A stretch of DNA of 37,944 bases, from the sequence record PZ247578.1; one strand, written 5' to 3'. A program made the translations under genes and the position numbers. Source of the stretch: a phage. The notes below the pieces were generated by a model. That model did not search any database. It saw nothing but the letters and a program-made list of their open reading frames with translations, and had not been told where the DNA came from. Of the stretch, positions 37,824-37,944 are shown in pieces (the stretch's first letter is position 1; each line of letters starts with the position of its first letter).

Positions 37824-37944
37824 CCTACAACCTACAGTCCTACAACCTACAGTCCTACAACCTACAGTCCTACAACCTACAGTCCTACAACCTACAGTCC
37901 TACAACCTACAGTCCTACAACCTACAGTCCTACAACCTACAGTC
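37824..37944. repeat. Right terminal tandem array of the same 15-bp unit (about 8 copies); probable part of the direct terminal repeat
   Basis: Same unit and phase as 1..70; the window ends inside the array. Confidence 0.8.

Overview
The window reads as a complete or near-complete genome of a T7-like podophage (Autographiviridae, T7 group), about 37.9 kb, with every convincing gene on the + strand in canonical T7 order. Early genes (Ocr/gp0.3 homolog, several small ORFs) are followed by a single-subunit RNA polymerase, DNA metabolism genes (ligase, gp2, SSB, endonuclease I, amidase-lysozyme, primase-helicase, DNA polymerase, gp5.5, gp5.7, exonuclease), structural genes (gp6.7, gp7.3, portal, scaffold, capsid 10A/10B, tail tube A/B, internal core gp13-16, tail fibre/tailspike) and lysis/packaging genes (holin, small terminase, Rz/Rz1, large terminase). 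Both ends carry arrays of the same 15-bp tandem repeat. Eleven copies of a phage-polymerase promoter (consensus about TAAACTATCACTATAGGGA, distinct from the T7, T3 and SP6 consensus), two terminators in the T7 TE and Tphi positions, and a family of RNase III-like hairpins are visible. No T7 0.7 kinase, 3.8 or 5.9 equivalent is seen. I did not find a single obviously new multi-gene system; the most interesting points are accessory ORFs at non-T7 positions, an extended Ocr homolog, a divergent gp16 N-terminus, and a tailspike whose C-terminal depolymerase-like module is compositionally foreign. All protein identifications rest on recalled similarity to T7 proteins and on motifs read by eye; no database search was run.
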